Shown: positions 9,093 to 18,335 of the stretch, piece after piece
Numbering within the stretch: position 1 is the stretch's first letter
Layout of the letters: the number at the start of each line of letters is the position of its first letter
NCBI GenBank assembly: GCA_044450345.1
Contig: JBIOIY010000037.1
Span: 1 to 31,671 of the forward strand
From: Thermodesulfovibrionales bacterium
GTDB lineage: Bacteria > Nitrospirota > Thermodesulfovibrionia > Thermodesulfovibrionales > UBA6898
Length of the DNA: 31,671 nt
Reading direction: 5' to 3'
Made by a program: the position numbers and the translations under genes
Notes under the pieces: generated by a model
Told to the model about the DNA's origin: nothing
Seen by the model: only the letters and a program-made list of their open reading frames with translations
The model's database searches: none

Positions 9093-12000
9093 ATGAAGCG
9101 TATGAATAGACACACGCCGATAGCCAAGATCATGCGCCCGCGATTGGCCGGGGTCCTGCCCCGCGCGAGACTGTTCGGCCTGCTGGACAGGGGATGCCGT
9201 TCCCCCGTCGTCTGGGTAAACGGGCCGGCGGGTTCGGGCAAAACCACGCTCGTCGCGAGCTGGCTCGATGCAAAGAAAATTCCCTGCCTGTGGTACCATC
9301 TCGACGAGGGCGACAGCGACATCGCCACGTTCTTCTACTATCTCGGCCTCGCGGCAAGGCGCGCTGCTCCCCGCTACAAGACACCGCTCCCCCTTCTCAC
9401 CATGGAATACCTGCGGGGCGTACCGACATTCACGAAACGGTACTTCGAGAACCTCTGCTCCCGGTTGAGGCCCCCGCACGTGATCGTTCTTGACAACTAC
9501 CATCACCTGGCGGATAATTCGCCCTTTCATGACATGCTCCGCGACGCCCTTGACGTCATCCCAGAGGGGATCACTGTGATCATCAACAGTCGCAGCACGC
9601 CGCCGCCGTCCCTGGCGCTCCTCAACACCTACAAGAAGATACATCACATCGGCTGGGACGAGCTCAAGTTCACCCTGAATGAAACCAGATCGCTTATGAA
9701 GGAGGAGAGAAAGACAAGACCGCCAGGCGAGACCGTCGAGCATCTTCATCGCTTAACAGAGGGGTGGGCAGCGGGACTGACCCTTCTCAGGGAGCGGATT
9801 GGGAGGCTTACGAGCGCTTCGCACGAGCTTGACCGGTTAAAACCCGATGAGTTTTTTGATTATTTTGCGACCGAGCTGTTCCAGAAGGCGGACGAAGGGA
9901 CACAGAACGTTCTGCTAAAAACAGCCTTCCTGCCCCATGTCTCATCGAACGCTGCCGCTGAGCTGACGGGGAATGTACAGGCCGGGACGCTCCTGGCGGC
10001 GCTCAGCCGCAATCACTTCTTCACCGAACAGCGGCCGGGTCATGATCCCATATACCAGTATCATCCCCTGTTTCAGGCATTCTTACAGGCTCGGGCGAGG
10101 CAGATATACGCCGGAACGGAAATTTGCGTGCTCCTGAGCCGGGCCGCCGAACTTCTGGAGGAGGAAGGCCAGATCGAGGACGCAGTGGAACTCTACCGCG
10201 TATCGGAAGCCTGGGATGGCCTTGTACGGATCATTCTTTCTAACGCGCAGACCATGATGTCTCAGGGTAGGAACCGCCTGATCGAGGCCTGGCTTATCAG
10301 CCTGCCGGCTTCCCTGCTCGAGCAAGACCCCTGGCTTTTGTACTGGATGGGCATATGCAGGATGCCCTTTGCTCTTCTGGAGGGGCGTAAATATTTCGAG
10401 AAAGCCTTCGCCCTTTTCAGAAAGCGGCGCGATGCATCAGGCGTGTTTCTTGCGTGGGCCGGTGTTGTTGAGTCCATTATCCAGGAATTGGGAGACCTCA
10501 GTCAGATGGATCCCTGGATTGCCCTTCTCGATGCTCTCATGAAAGAATATCCCGTTTTCCCTTCGACGCAGATTGAGGGGCACGTGACGGCCCGCATTTT
10601 TATGGCGCTCTCTCTGAGGCAACCGTGGCATCCTGCATTTGATTCTTGGAGGGATAAGGCCATAGCGCTGCTCGAAAGCAGTGCTGAGGCAAGCTTGCGG
10701 ATGCTGTGCGGTTTTTACCTGCTCTCGCACTTCATTCAGGTCGGCGATGCGGCTTCGTGCGAGCGGGTGATAAGTACGATGAGGGCCATCATCAGCTCGA
10801 ACAAACAGGTTTCGCCTCTGGCTTACATCATGGGAAAGATGGCCGAGGCCTGGCTGGCATGGACAACCTGCTCGTATGAAAGCTGTCTGAGGATGATGGA
10901 TGAAGGCCTCGAGAAGTCGAGGGACAGTGGGGTCCATCTGTGGGACTATCTACTTCTCACACAGGGGTTGTGTGCTTCACTGATGTCCGGCGATGTTCGC
11001 CGGTCCGAACAGCTGCTCGGACAGATGGCGTCTGCGCTCGAACATGGTCGTCCTCTGGACAAATATTATTATTACGGGCTGACAGGTTGGCACAGCATGT
11101 TGCACAACGATATGCAGCGTGCAATTTCGATTTCATCAACATCGTTCGCCTTGGCGACGAAGATTGGTTTCCTTGGCGCTGAAGCCAGAAGCCGGTTGGC
11201 TCAGGCTCACTATATGCACGTGATCGGGAAATATGCACAGGCGAAAGAGCACATTGCGAAATGCCGTACGATCGGACGAAAAGTGAAAAGCGCCATCATT
11301 GTATTCTATTGTGAGCTAAAAGCGGCCGCAATTGCGTTCACCGAAGGCGACGAAAGAGCGGGCTTAGAATCCCTGCGTGATGCGTTAACCCTGGGTCGGG
11401 AAAAGGGATACGCCGCATTCAATTTCACCCTTTTGCCGCAGGAAGAATTGTCTTCTTTGTGCGTAAAAGCACTTGAAGCGGGGATCGAACCGGACTTCGT
11501 CATGGAAATGATCCGAAAGCGAAAGTTGGTCCCCGAAACGCCTCCGCTGCATGTGGAGAACTGGCCGTGGCCGGTCAAGATCTTCACGCTCGGTCGCTTC
11601 GAGATCGTCAGGGACGGAGAGCCCATTCATTTTACCGGAAAAGTGCAGAAAAAGCCGCTCGAAATGCTGAAGGTTTTGATCGCCTTCGGCTCTAAAGATG
11701 TGGATGAAGAACGGATCGCCGATGCGCTTTGGCCGGACGCTGACGGCGATACGGCGCGGGTGTCGTTCAAGTCGGCGCTGCACAGACTTCGCCAACTGCT
11801 TGGCAATGAAGAATTTATTCAGTTGAAAGAAGGCAGGATAAGCTTGGATCGGCGCACTTGCTGGGTCGATGCGTGGGCCTTTGAAACCGTGGCGGAACAT
11901 GTGGAATCCCTGCGGCGAGAGTTTGAATCGGCAGGCCAAATACCCTCACTTCGAAATCCGAAGAACGAAAGGTACGTACATCTTCTCGAAAAGGCCGTTG

Positions 12001-12365
12001 CTATGTATCATAGCCACTACCTCGGCAACGAGAGCTACAGGCCATGGGCGCTCTCTCTTAAGGAACGGCTGCGGAACAAATTTCTTCATATTGTTGACCT
12101 GCTGGGAGATTACTGGACGACGCAACAACCATCCCGCTCTCAATCGGCAATGATCAAAGCAATTGAATGCTATCAAAGAGGCATAGAGATCGATGATGTG
12201 GCCGAGGAATTTTATCAGAAGCTCATGATCTGTTATGGGAAGCTGGGCAGGAACGCAGAAGTCGCAAAAGTCTACAAACGCTGTCGTGACACCCTCGTTG
12301 CGTCCCTCGGCGTCGAGCCGTCGAAAGAAACAGATGAGATATACCGGAACATTATCAAGTTGTGA
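9093..12365 (+). CDS. MalT-like STAND ATPase transcriptional regulator with C-terminal winged-HTH and BTAD (SARP-type) domain
   Basis: Walker A GPAGSGKT, Walker B VIVLDNYH, TEGWAAGL, YQYHPLF, helical repeats, then IFTLGRFEI..DALWPD..LHRLRQLL..CWVD and GVEPS at the end. ATG 9093 follows AGGAGG. Confidence 0.9.
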   Translation: MKRMNRHTPIAKIMRPRLAGVLPRARLFGLLDRGCRSPVVWVNGPAGSGKTTLVASWLDAKKIPCLWYHLDEGDSDIATFFYYLGLAARRAAPRYKTPLPLLTMEYLRGVPTFTKRYFENLCSRLRPPHVIVLDNYHHLADNSPFHDMLRDALDVIPEGITVIINSRSTPPPSLALLNTYKKIHHIGWDELKFTLNETRSLMKEERKTRPPGETVEHLHRLTEGWAAGLTLLRERIGRLTSASHELDRLKPDEFFDYFATELFQKADEGTQNVLLKTAFLPHVSSNAAAELTGNVQAGTLLAALSRNHFFTEQRPGHDPIYQYHPLFQAFLQARARQIYAGTEICVLLSRAAELLEEEGQIEDAVELYRVSEAWDGLVRIILSNAQTMMSQGRNRLIEAWLISLPASLLEQDPWLLYWMGICRMPFALLEGRKYFEKAFALFRKRRDASGVFLAWAGVVESIIQELGDLSQMDPWIALLDALMKEYPVFPSTQIEGHVTARIFMALSLRQPWHPAFDSWRDKAIALLESSAEASLRMLCGFYLLSHFIQVGDAASCERVISTMRAIISSNKQVSPLAYIMGKMAEAWLAWTTCSYESCLRMMDEGLEKSRDSGVHLWDYLLLTQGLCASLMSGDVRRSEQLLGQMASALEHGRPLDKYYYYGLTGWHSMLHNDMQRAISISSTSFALATKIGFLGAEARSRLAQAHYMHVIGKYAQAKEHIAKCRTIGRKVKSAIIVFYCELKAAAIAFTEGDERAGLESLRDALTLGREKGYAAFNFTLLPQEELSSLCVKALEAGIEPDFVMEMIRKRKLVPETPPLHVENWPWPVKIFTLGRFEIVRDGEPIHFTGKVQKKPLEMLKVLIAFGSKDVDEERIADALWPDADGDTARVSFKSALHRLRQLLGNEEFIQLKEGRISLDRRTCWVDAWAFETVAEHVESLRREFESAGQIPSLRNPKNERYVHLLEKAVAMYHSHYLGNESYRPWALSLKERLRNKFLHIVDLLGDYWTTQQPSRSQSAMIKAIECYQRGIEIDDVAEEFYQKLMICYGKLGRNAEVAKVYKRCRDTLVASLGVEPSKETDEIYRNIIKL

Positions 12366-12513
12366 TTATAAATTTCCTGCAGGTTGGCCATGCTTAACAC
12401 GGGATGCCTGTTATATTTCTGTAGCCTCTGGTATGAACCCGTGACCCGTCGGTTGTAACAGGTTGATTTTCATGACCATTCTGCTCTTTCTTTTCTGCAA
12501 ATTCATCTTTGCG

Positions 12514-12551
12514 AATCCGTAACCAATCCGTAACCTCCCCCATGGTACGAT
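12514..12551 (+). promoter_or_regulatory. 11-bp direct repeat (putative SARP/BTAD binding site) and extended -10
   Basis: AATCCGTAACC twice (12514-12535), then TG-G-TACGAT (-10 at 12546-12551). Confidence 0.6.
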
Positions 12552-12628
12552 GAACCCATAGACAAAGAAGAAGGAGCCGCTTGCATGCGGATGGTCGTTG
12601 ACCATCAACTCACAAAGGAGGTCTTACC

Positions 12629-13030
12629 ATGTCACACAACAATGGAATCAAGAAGCTAAAGGCTGCAATCGCTTTTTCCGTCCTTGTAAATGTGGTTTAC
12701 GGCATAGCATTCTTCATCGCCCCAGGGATAATGAGCGTATTGGCGGGCGGGACGCCTGTTGAGACCGGATGGCTGCGCTGGTCCGGAGGCATATTGCTGG
12801 GGCTCGCGGCAGGCGGGATTCATGCGTACCGGGACCCGGTCCATCAGAAATCGATGATTACCACGATGATTCTTGCACCGTTCTGTTCCGGGTTGGCTTT
12901 TTTATATACGCTGCTGGCCGAAACGTACTCGGTCCATACGTGGTTCATCGTCGTTCCCTGCATAGTCGTGTTCGCGATGTCCGGCGTTATGCTCTGGGCC
13001 AGACAGGTGGCGAAGGAGGTTCTGGTATGA
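12629..13030 (+). CDS. Hypothetical membrane protein (about 4 TM)
   Basis: AAGGAGG SD and four hydrophobic segments. Confidence 0.75.
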   Translation: MSHNNGIKKLKAAIAFSVLVNVVYGIAFFIAPGIMSVLAGGTPVETGWLRWSGGILLGLAAGGIHAYRDPVHQKSMITTMILAPFCSGLAFLYTLLAETYSVHTWFIVVPCIVVFAMSGVMLWARQVAKEVLV

Positions 13031-13123
13031 ATCGGCGGGATGCGGCTGAAGGTGAGATTGACGCATACGGCGCTATCACCCTCACCGCCGTACACCTTGT
13101 CTCCCCTCAATCAGGAAGGTTCC

Positions 13124-13354
13124 GTGGATAATTACATCGTCCGAATTTACCGGCGGGAGAAGGATAACCCTCGCGTGCTTGCAGGGCTGGTCGAAGAAGT
13201 GGGGACGAAAGGCAAGAAAGCCTTTAATGACCTCGATGATCTGTGGGAGATACTCAATTTCATAAAGCGTGACACAAATGGTCGAAGGGAAAAATCAGCG
13301 CGCCTGAACAAGAAAATTGCTGAGAAAGAGGAAAATACGAAAGGGCATCAATAA
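13124..13354 (+). CDS. Small hypothetical protein (YIVRIYR type)
   Basis: GTG 13124 after AGGAAGG: (M)DNYIVRIYRREKDNPRVLAGLVEEVGTKGKKAFNDLDDLWEILN. The upstream extension from 13040 looks non-coding. Confidence 0.65.
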   Translation: MDNYIVRIYRREKDNPRVLAGLVEEVGTKGKKAFNDLDDLWEILNFIKRDTNGRREKSARLNKKIAEKEENTKGHQ

Positions 13355-13377
13355 GACCCGAGGAAGGAGGATACGCC

Positions 13378-14304
13378 ATGTCGGGCACTACTGTCGTTGA
13401 AATTGCCGCTGGAACAGTTATCGGAGCACTGTCAGCACTCTGGCTTTACGGCGAGCGCGGACGACTGCTGCGGAAATCGACCTGGGCATCGATGAAAGCG
13501 CAGGGCTGGAAGAATGTGCTGAATTTTAAAGCCACGCACGCATATATCTACGGGCGATGGACCAAAGAGTATATATACGTCCTCCGCAACATCATTTTCC
13601 CGAAATTGAGCGATCGTGGCAGGCAAAAATGGGCTGACAAGTATCATGGAAAAGTAATTACGCACGAACAGGCTCGTTCGGTTATTACCCTGAACAGAAA
13701 TATTCCTTTGCAGGATTTGGAACAGGTTATTCCCTATCCCACTGCTCGTACCATAATATTGAACGGTCCTCCTGAAATCGTCTCGTACGAGTGCGGCTGC
13801 AGAAACTCCAAGCCGAACCACTGCTCTCCGACCCGGGTGTGCATGGTGATCGGCAAACCATTTACGGATTTTATGGTCGACCATCATCCGCAGAAAGCCC
13901 GGCGCCTTTCCCAGGCTGAAGCACTCGATCTTCTGAAACAGGAACATGAGCGGGGACATATGCATACCGCATGGTTTAAAGACGTGATGCTTGACCGATT
14001 TTATAACATCTGCAATTGCTGCAAATGCTGCTGTGGTGGGATCGAAGCCATGATCAGATATGGTACGCCCATGGTCTGCTCGTCAGGCTATGTGGCCAGT
14101 GTGGACGCGTCCAGATGCGAGGCATGCGGGACGTGCGAGAAGGCGTGCCCGTTCGGCGCCATAACAACTGACAAGACAGCGAATGTCAAATGGGAAAGCT
14201 GCATGGGATGCGGCGTCTGCGAAGAGAAATGCCCTAATCAGGCGATGTCGCTCATGCGTGACGAAAAGAAGGGGTTGCCCTTTGATGTCCGTTCAATGGC
14301 GTGA
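13378..14304 (+). CDS. 4Fe-4S dicluster protein with an additional Cys-rich domain
   Basis: CEACGTCEKACP and CMGCGVCEEKCP; also ECGCR and ICNCCKCCCG; hydrophobic N-terminus; AAGGAGG SD. Confidence 0.85.
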   Translation: MSGTTVVEIAAGTVIGALSALWLYGERGRLLRKSTWASMKAQGWKNVLNFKATHAYIYGRWTKEYIYVLRNIIFPKLSDRGRQKWADKYHGKVITHEQARSVITLNRNIPLQDLEQVIPYPTARTIILNGPPEIVSYECGCRNSKPNHCSPTRVCMVIGKPFTDFMVDHHPQKARRLSQAEALDLLKQEHERGHMHTAWFKDVMLDRFYNICNCCKCCCGGIEAMIRYGTPMVCSSGYVASVDASRCEACGTCEKACPFGAITTDKTANVKWESCMGCGVCEEKCPNQAMSLMRDEKKGLPFDVRSMA

Positions 14305-14453
14305 AGACGCGTTAATAAAGATGAAATTGAGAATAAACAAGGGAGAAAGGAAAGGGCAGTCCCCAAATGGTCATCAAGATTATCGAAGGGGCAAGGGAAA
14401 AAGATTGTGGTTATTAACTGTCTCATTTGAGACATGAAAGGGGAGGAATCAAA

Positions 14454-14826
14454 ATGAAAACAAAAGAAAGAGAAATAGTAAAGAATGCTTCAGCAAGCGC
14501 AAGCCAAACTGCAGAAGACAATGATCAAGAAATGCACGAATGCCTTGCAAAACTAAAGGTGTGGCGAGTTGAAAACCTCATGTCACCTGGCGGAATGGAC
14601 AGGTTTGCACAGGATATCAGGTCGAAGGGGACCGAAAACGGCGCAGAAAAAACAAAAGAGGTACAAAAAAATAGCTGCAAGACACCCGCAAGGGCTGGCA
14701 GGACAAACTGGGCCTACAGGACTAATGGGCCCAGCAGGACCAAAGGGTGAAAAAGGGGCCTGGAATATGCCCGGCCCCTGGATCTTCAAGTTATCGCTGC
14801 TTCAGTATTTGACGATAACCGCCTGA
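14454..14826 (+). pseudogene. Probable frameshifted remnant with a short collagen-like Gly-X-Y tract
   Basis: ORF from ATG 14454 (GGAGG SD) stops at 14750. In the +1 frame, 14692-14763 reads GLAGQTGPTGLMGPAGPKGEKGAW (8 Gly-X-Y), just after an A7 run at 14665-14671. Confidence 0.4.
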
Positions 14827-14832
14827 CTTTCT

Positions 14833-15162
14833 CTATCTTCTATCTTCAGAAGATTCAATACGCACTGCACCGTCTGCTTCGCGGATAGGCTGCTCGTCGG
14901 GGGCCAATCTGAATACCTTCTGGCGTCTTGCCGACATATCGCGTATAACCATCATCGCAAGTCCGCCGCAGACTGCAACCATAAACAGCATGCCTAAAGA
15001 GACATAGGCCGTCACGAGATTGCCGGCGTAGGGTTCATAAAGACCCTTTAACAATGGCGGCACTATTCCGACAGCAATAAGGGCAAGCGCAGGCACTATT
15101 GCCGGTCTCCAGTCTGTCCCTGCCTTTGCCGTCTTTCCGATACTACTTCCTTCCTTCACCAT
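14833..15162 (-). CDS. Hypothetical membrane protein (2 TM)
   Basis: Two hydrophobic stretches, AAAGGA SD and upstream promoter-like elements. Confidence 0.6.
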   Translation of the reverse strand: MVKEGSSIGKTAKAGTDWRPAIVPALALIAVGIVPPLLKGLYEPYAGNLVTAYVSLGMLFMVAVCGGLAMMVIRDMSARRQKVFRLAPDEQPIREADGAVRIESSEDRR

Positions 15163-15211
15163 ACCCTAAGTATCCTTTCCGGGCCTCAGCCCTTTAAAAT
15201 AGTATAAGACT

Positions 15212-15273
15212 ATCTTATTAACTCATAAGTAATCTTGTCAAGTTCAAAGTTTAGGTAAGCATTTCTTGTGCCA
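15212..15273 (-). promoter_or_regulatory. Candidate sigma54 and sigma70 promoters for 14833..15162
   Basis: Minus strand TGGCACAAGAAATGCT (15258-15273; GG-N10-GC) and TTGACA-N18-TAAGAT (15212-15241). Confidence 0.5.
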
Positions 15274-15559
15274 TATCAAGGCCTTATTAATATATTGTAA
15301 TAACCTATATTTATTGTAAGTACTTCTTAACTTGCCGTTTCTCGACATGAAATGCTTCTGTCAGTAACATCTGTGGTAGCAGATGGTCATCGAATAAGGT
15401 AGTCCGATGCTGCGTTTGGGAATAATCAGGGGACTGGAAAGATGAAGGCGATGGGGATGCAAAAAATAGAAGTGCGCATATGATCTTCCCTCTATTCAAT
15501 TGCAATGAGAATCAAAGAGAGATATAATTTAAGATACATATCAGCCTGGAAGGAGCACT

Positions 15560-15838
15560 ATGGATATTCATGAGGAAATTAAAAAGGTTGCATACGAACT
15601 GTATGAAAAGTGCGGCAGGATAGGGGGCCGAGAAATTGAAAATTGGCTAGCCGCAGAGAAAATGGTAATGGCCCGCCACGCGCAGAACGAAAGAGGCATA
15701 AAGGCCGTGACCCGTACGCCCAAAAAAGCTGCTGTCGCTGCAAAAGCCCAAAAGACCAAAACCCAAGATGCAGGATCGAGGGACATTTCGACCGGGAAGC
15801 CAGGGGCAAAAAAAACAGCACCGAAGAAAAAACAATAA
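15560..15838 (+). CDS. DUF2934-domain protein with a Lys/Ala-rich tail
   Basis: EEIKKVAYELYEKCGR.GG.EIENWLAAE followed by a histone-like K/A/T/P tail; AAGGAG SD. Confidence 0.8.
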   Translation: MDIHEEIKKVAYELYEKCGRIGGREIENWLAAEKMVMARHAQNERGIKAVTRTPKKAAVAAKAQKTKTQDAGSRDISTGKPGAKKTAPKKKQ

Positions 15839-16003
15839 AAACGGCCAAATAAGCGACTCGATAAAACGTAGGCCTCTCCGTCTCCCGATCTCTTCACACA
15901 AAGATGAAAAACCAAATACCGGGTGGGACCTCACATTTCTCCTCTTTCTGTATTAAAATAAATTGTATTTAAATCTTCCCGAGACCCTCCGAGGAGGCAT
16001 GCT

Positions 16004-16522
16004 ATGAAGAAGGCTGAAGAAAAGGACTTAAAAGAAATAGTTGCGAGGAGAATAGATCTCTTCAAAAAGAAACCGGATGCGGCGCTCTACAGGCCCAGGG
16101 TGTCTTCTAGGCATGTGAAAGACCTTTACACCGAGACCGCGGTGCGGGGCCATCTTGTCAAGGCAGATTACCCGGGACCCGCCGGCGGCGGCGACCTGGC
16201 CCCAAACCCCGTTGAACTGCTTCTCGCGGCATTCGCGGCGTGTATCGAAAGCGCGTTCTATGAGTTTGCCGTCCACGAGGGGCTTGCCGTGAATTCGATA
16301 TCCGTAGAGATAGAGGGTACACTCGACCTGAGGGGCCTTTTCATGATTGATGATATCCAGGCGGGCTTTAAGGACCTTACCTATCATTTCACCGTCGAAT
16401 CACCGGATGATGAGGGCAAGATAAGAGACCTTGCCGAAAGGGTGATAGCCCACTGCCCCGTGGTGGACAGTCTCGTAAAACCCACGCAGGTATCGGGCAC
16501 GATCGTTATTAGGAAATCATAA
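16004..16522 (+). CDS. OsmC/Ohr family protein
   Basis: D.P...GGGD.APNPVELLLAAFAAC, EGTLDLRG and HCPV; GAGGAGG SD. Confidence 0.9.
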   Translation: MKKAEEKDLKEIVARRIDLFKKKPDAALYRPRVSSRHVKDLYTETAVRGHLVKADYPGPAGGGDLAPNPVELLLAAFAACIESAFYEFAVHEGLAVNSISVEIEGTLDLRGLFMIDDIQAGFKDLTYHFTVESPDDEGKIRDLAERVIAHCPVVDSLVKPTQVSGTIVIRKS

Positions 16523-16631
16523 CTCCCCTTTTACCCCCTCTTATCTTTTCACCTCGGCGAATCCGCCTGAGTGCGGAAAGAGGGGAAGAGGCGCCATGCC
16601 TACCGGCAGGCAGGAAGCCTGGGGGCGTTAT
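16519..16631. repeat. Nested palindromic intergenic element
   Basis: Outer ATAACTCCCC / GGGGGCGTTAT, inner CCCCTCTT / AAGAGGGG, with TCCGCctgagtGCGGA and TGCCTACCGGCAGGCAGG hairpins inside. Confidence 0.5.
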
Positions 16632-16639
16632 CTTACCCT

Positions 16640-16766
16640 CCCTTAAAATGGGTAATTATTCCCCATTAAAATGGGGAATTTTTCTACAATAGCACGAGTC
16701 TTTCTCACCGTACGTCCTCTGGGTCTGCGGAAACAGGCCCTTTTTCCCCGTGGCACTCTATTTGCT
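16640..16766 (+). promoter_or_regulatory. sigma54 promoter with tandem upstream activator-like sites
   Basis: TGGCAC-TCTAT-TTGCT at 16751-16766 (GG-N10-GC). TTAAAATGGG repeats at 16643 and 16666, the second inside the palindrome TTCCCCAT-taaa-ATGGGGAA. Confidence 0.75.
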
Positions 16767-16782
16767 CTCTAAATACATACCT

Positions 16783-17127
16783 ATGGCCGAAACACTGCTA
16801 TGTTCGAACAATCCGATCCTCGTCAAGAGTCTCTATGGAATTCTGAGAGACGAAGGGATCAGCGTCGATACCGCGGACCATCCCTCCCTTGCGGTCCAGA
16901 TGGCGCTTAAAAAAAAATATGCCGCGCTGGTCATCGATTCGGAGCCATTCGGCCTCTCGGTCGAAGACGCGATAAAGATCATTAAGACCGTCCTTCCGGA
17001 GATAGTTGTAATATTCGTCGGATATGATACCCTTGATACAGATGTTCTGAGCATCGAGGCCCCTATTGACCTCGATCAGTTCAAGAGCACAATCCGGAGC
17101 ATCGGCAGGATGCATATCATGCATTAA
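16783..17127 (+). CDS. Degenerate (pseudo-)receiver domain protein
   Basis: Receiver-like pattern (TLLCSNNP..LRDEG..V..A..ALVIDSE..G....AIKIIK..P...VIFV). The N-terminal acidic pair is replaced by SNN and the conserved Lys is missing (EAP). The ORF-track GTG at 16750 lies in the sigma54 -24 box. Confidence 0.7.
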   Translation: MAETLLCSNNPILVKSLYGILRDEGISVDTADHPSLAVQMALKKKYAALVIDSEPFGLSVEDAIKIIKTVLPEIVVIFVGYDTLDTDVLSIEAPIDLDQFKSTIRSIGRMHIMH

Positions 17128-17148
17128 ATTCAGGAGAAGGGAGAATTT

Positions 17149-18189
17149 ATGGAACCACGGGAAATCATTCTTAAGGCTTTTGAAAAAGGGAAACCGGAAC
17201 GGGTCCCGGTCACGCTCTTCGGCGGCGGGATGTGGAGCATCAAGGACTACGGGTCGACATTCGAGGAGTTGGGCAAGGATGCGGCCAAGATGGCCGACAT
17301 GTGCATCAAGGAGGCGGAGAGGATCAGGAGCGATGTAATCTATGTGGGCTCGGGATATAACAACTTCCACGCATCGGCCCTCGGCACCGCTTTCGGTGCC
17401 GGGGTAAAATACCGCGAGATAGGCGCACCGGACCTCACCAAGCACTTCGTCAAGTCCGAGGAGGATATCGAAAAGCTCAACATGGATGACGTCCACAAGG
17501 ACCCAGTCTTAAAAAACGTCTTGGAAGCCACGCGGCTTGTCCACCAGAAGATAGGGAAAAAATATCTGGTCACCATGACCTGCTGGGGCCCCTTCACCCT
17601 CGCCGCCAGGTTTGTAGGGGAAGAGGACTTCATGAAGTTTACCTTCAAAAAGCCGGCATTCGTCGAGAAGATGGTCAATTTCTGCGCTGACCTGCTGATA
17701 CACCTCTATGCGCCTCTGGTTGCCGACGGCTCGCTCGAGTGTCTGAGCATCGCCGATCCCACGGCCTCGGGCGACCTCATCAACCCCAAACAGATGGCCA
17801 AATTCGCGGTGCCGCCGCTCAAGAAAATGAGCGACTGGGCGAAATCGAAGAACGTGCATACCATCCTCCATATATGCGGCAATACGAGCGACCGGCTCGA
17901 ACAGTTCATCGATACCGGCTGCAGCGTGATCTTCTTCGACCAGAAGGTCGATATTGCCAAGGCCAAAGAGGTCCTTTTAGGCAAGATGTGCTTCGGCGGG
18001 AATGTTGCTCCGGTCCACGTACTCCTGAACAAGACCGCGGCAGAGGTCGAAACGGCCTGCAAGGAAGTGATCGAGATCGCCGGGAAAGACGGCGGGTTCG
18101 TGCTCGTGCCGGGCTGCGACATACCGCCCACTATCCCTTATGAAAATCTGAAGGCATTCCATGACGCTGCATTTAACTGGAAGTATTAA
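17149..18189 (+). CDS. MtaA/CmuA-type methylcobamide:thiol methyltransferase (URO-D fold), copy 1
   Basis: KPERVPV, GPFTLA, IADPTASGDLI, zinc motif LHICG...PGCD. Confidence 0.88.
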   Translation: MEPREIILKAFEKGKPERVPVTLFGGGMWSIKDYGSTFEELGKDAAKMADMCIKEAERIRSDVIYVGSGYNNFHASALGTAFGAGVKYREIGAPDLTKHFVKSEEDIEKLNMDDVHKDPVLKNVLEATRLVHQKIGKKYLVTMTCWGPFTLAARFVGEEDFMKFTFKKPAFVEKMVNFCADLLIHLYAPLVADGSLECLSIADPTASGDLINPKQMAKFAVPPLKKMSDWAKSKNVHTILHICGNTSDRLEQFIDTGCSVIFFDQKVDIAKAKEVLLGKMCFGGNVAPVHVLLNKTAAEVETACKEVIEIAGKDGGFVLVPGCDIPPTIPYENLKAFHDAAFNWKY

Positions 18190-18335
18190 GGGCGAAAAAA
18201 TTCCGGGAAGGGAGGTGAGTGCGCAGCAGCAAAGAATAAACCCTTATAAAGGGGGAGGCAAGAATGGGATTGTTTGATTTTATCAAGCAGCTTCTGGCCC
18301 AAGGGCCGGAAAAAAATGTTAGGGAGGAGACAAAG

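Noticed and set aside
16523..16750. Cobalamin riboswitch ahead of the corrinoid cluster
   Set aside because: I could not find a B12-box or other conserved core; the structure is explained by palindromic repeats and enhancer-like sites.
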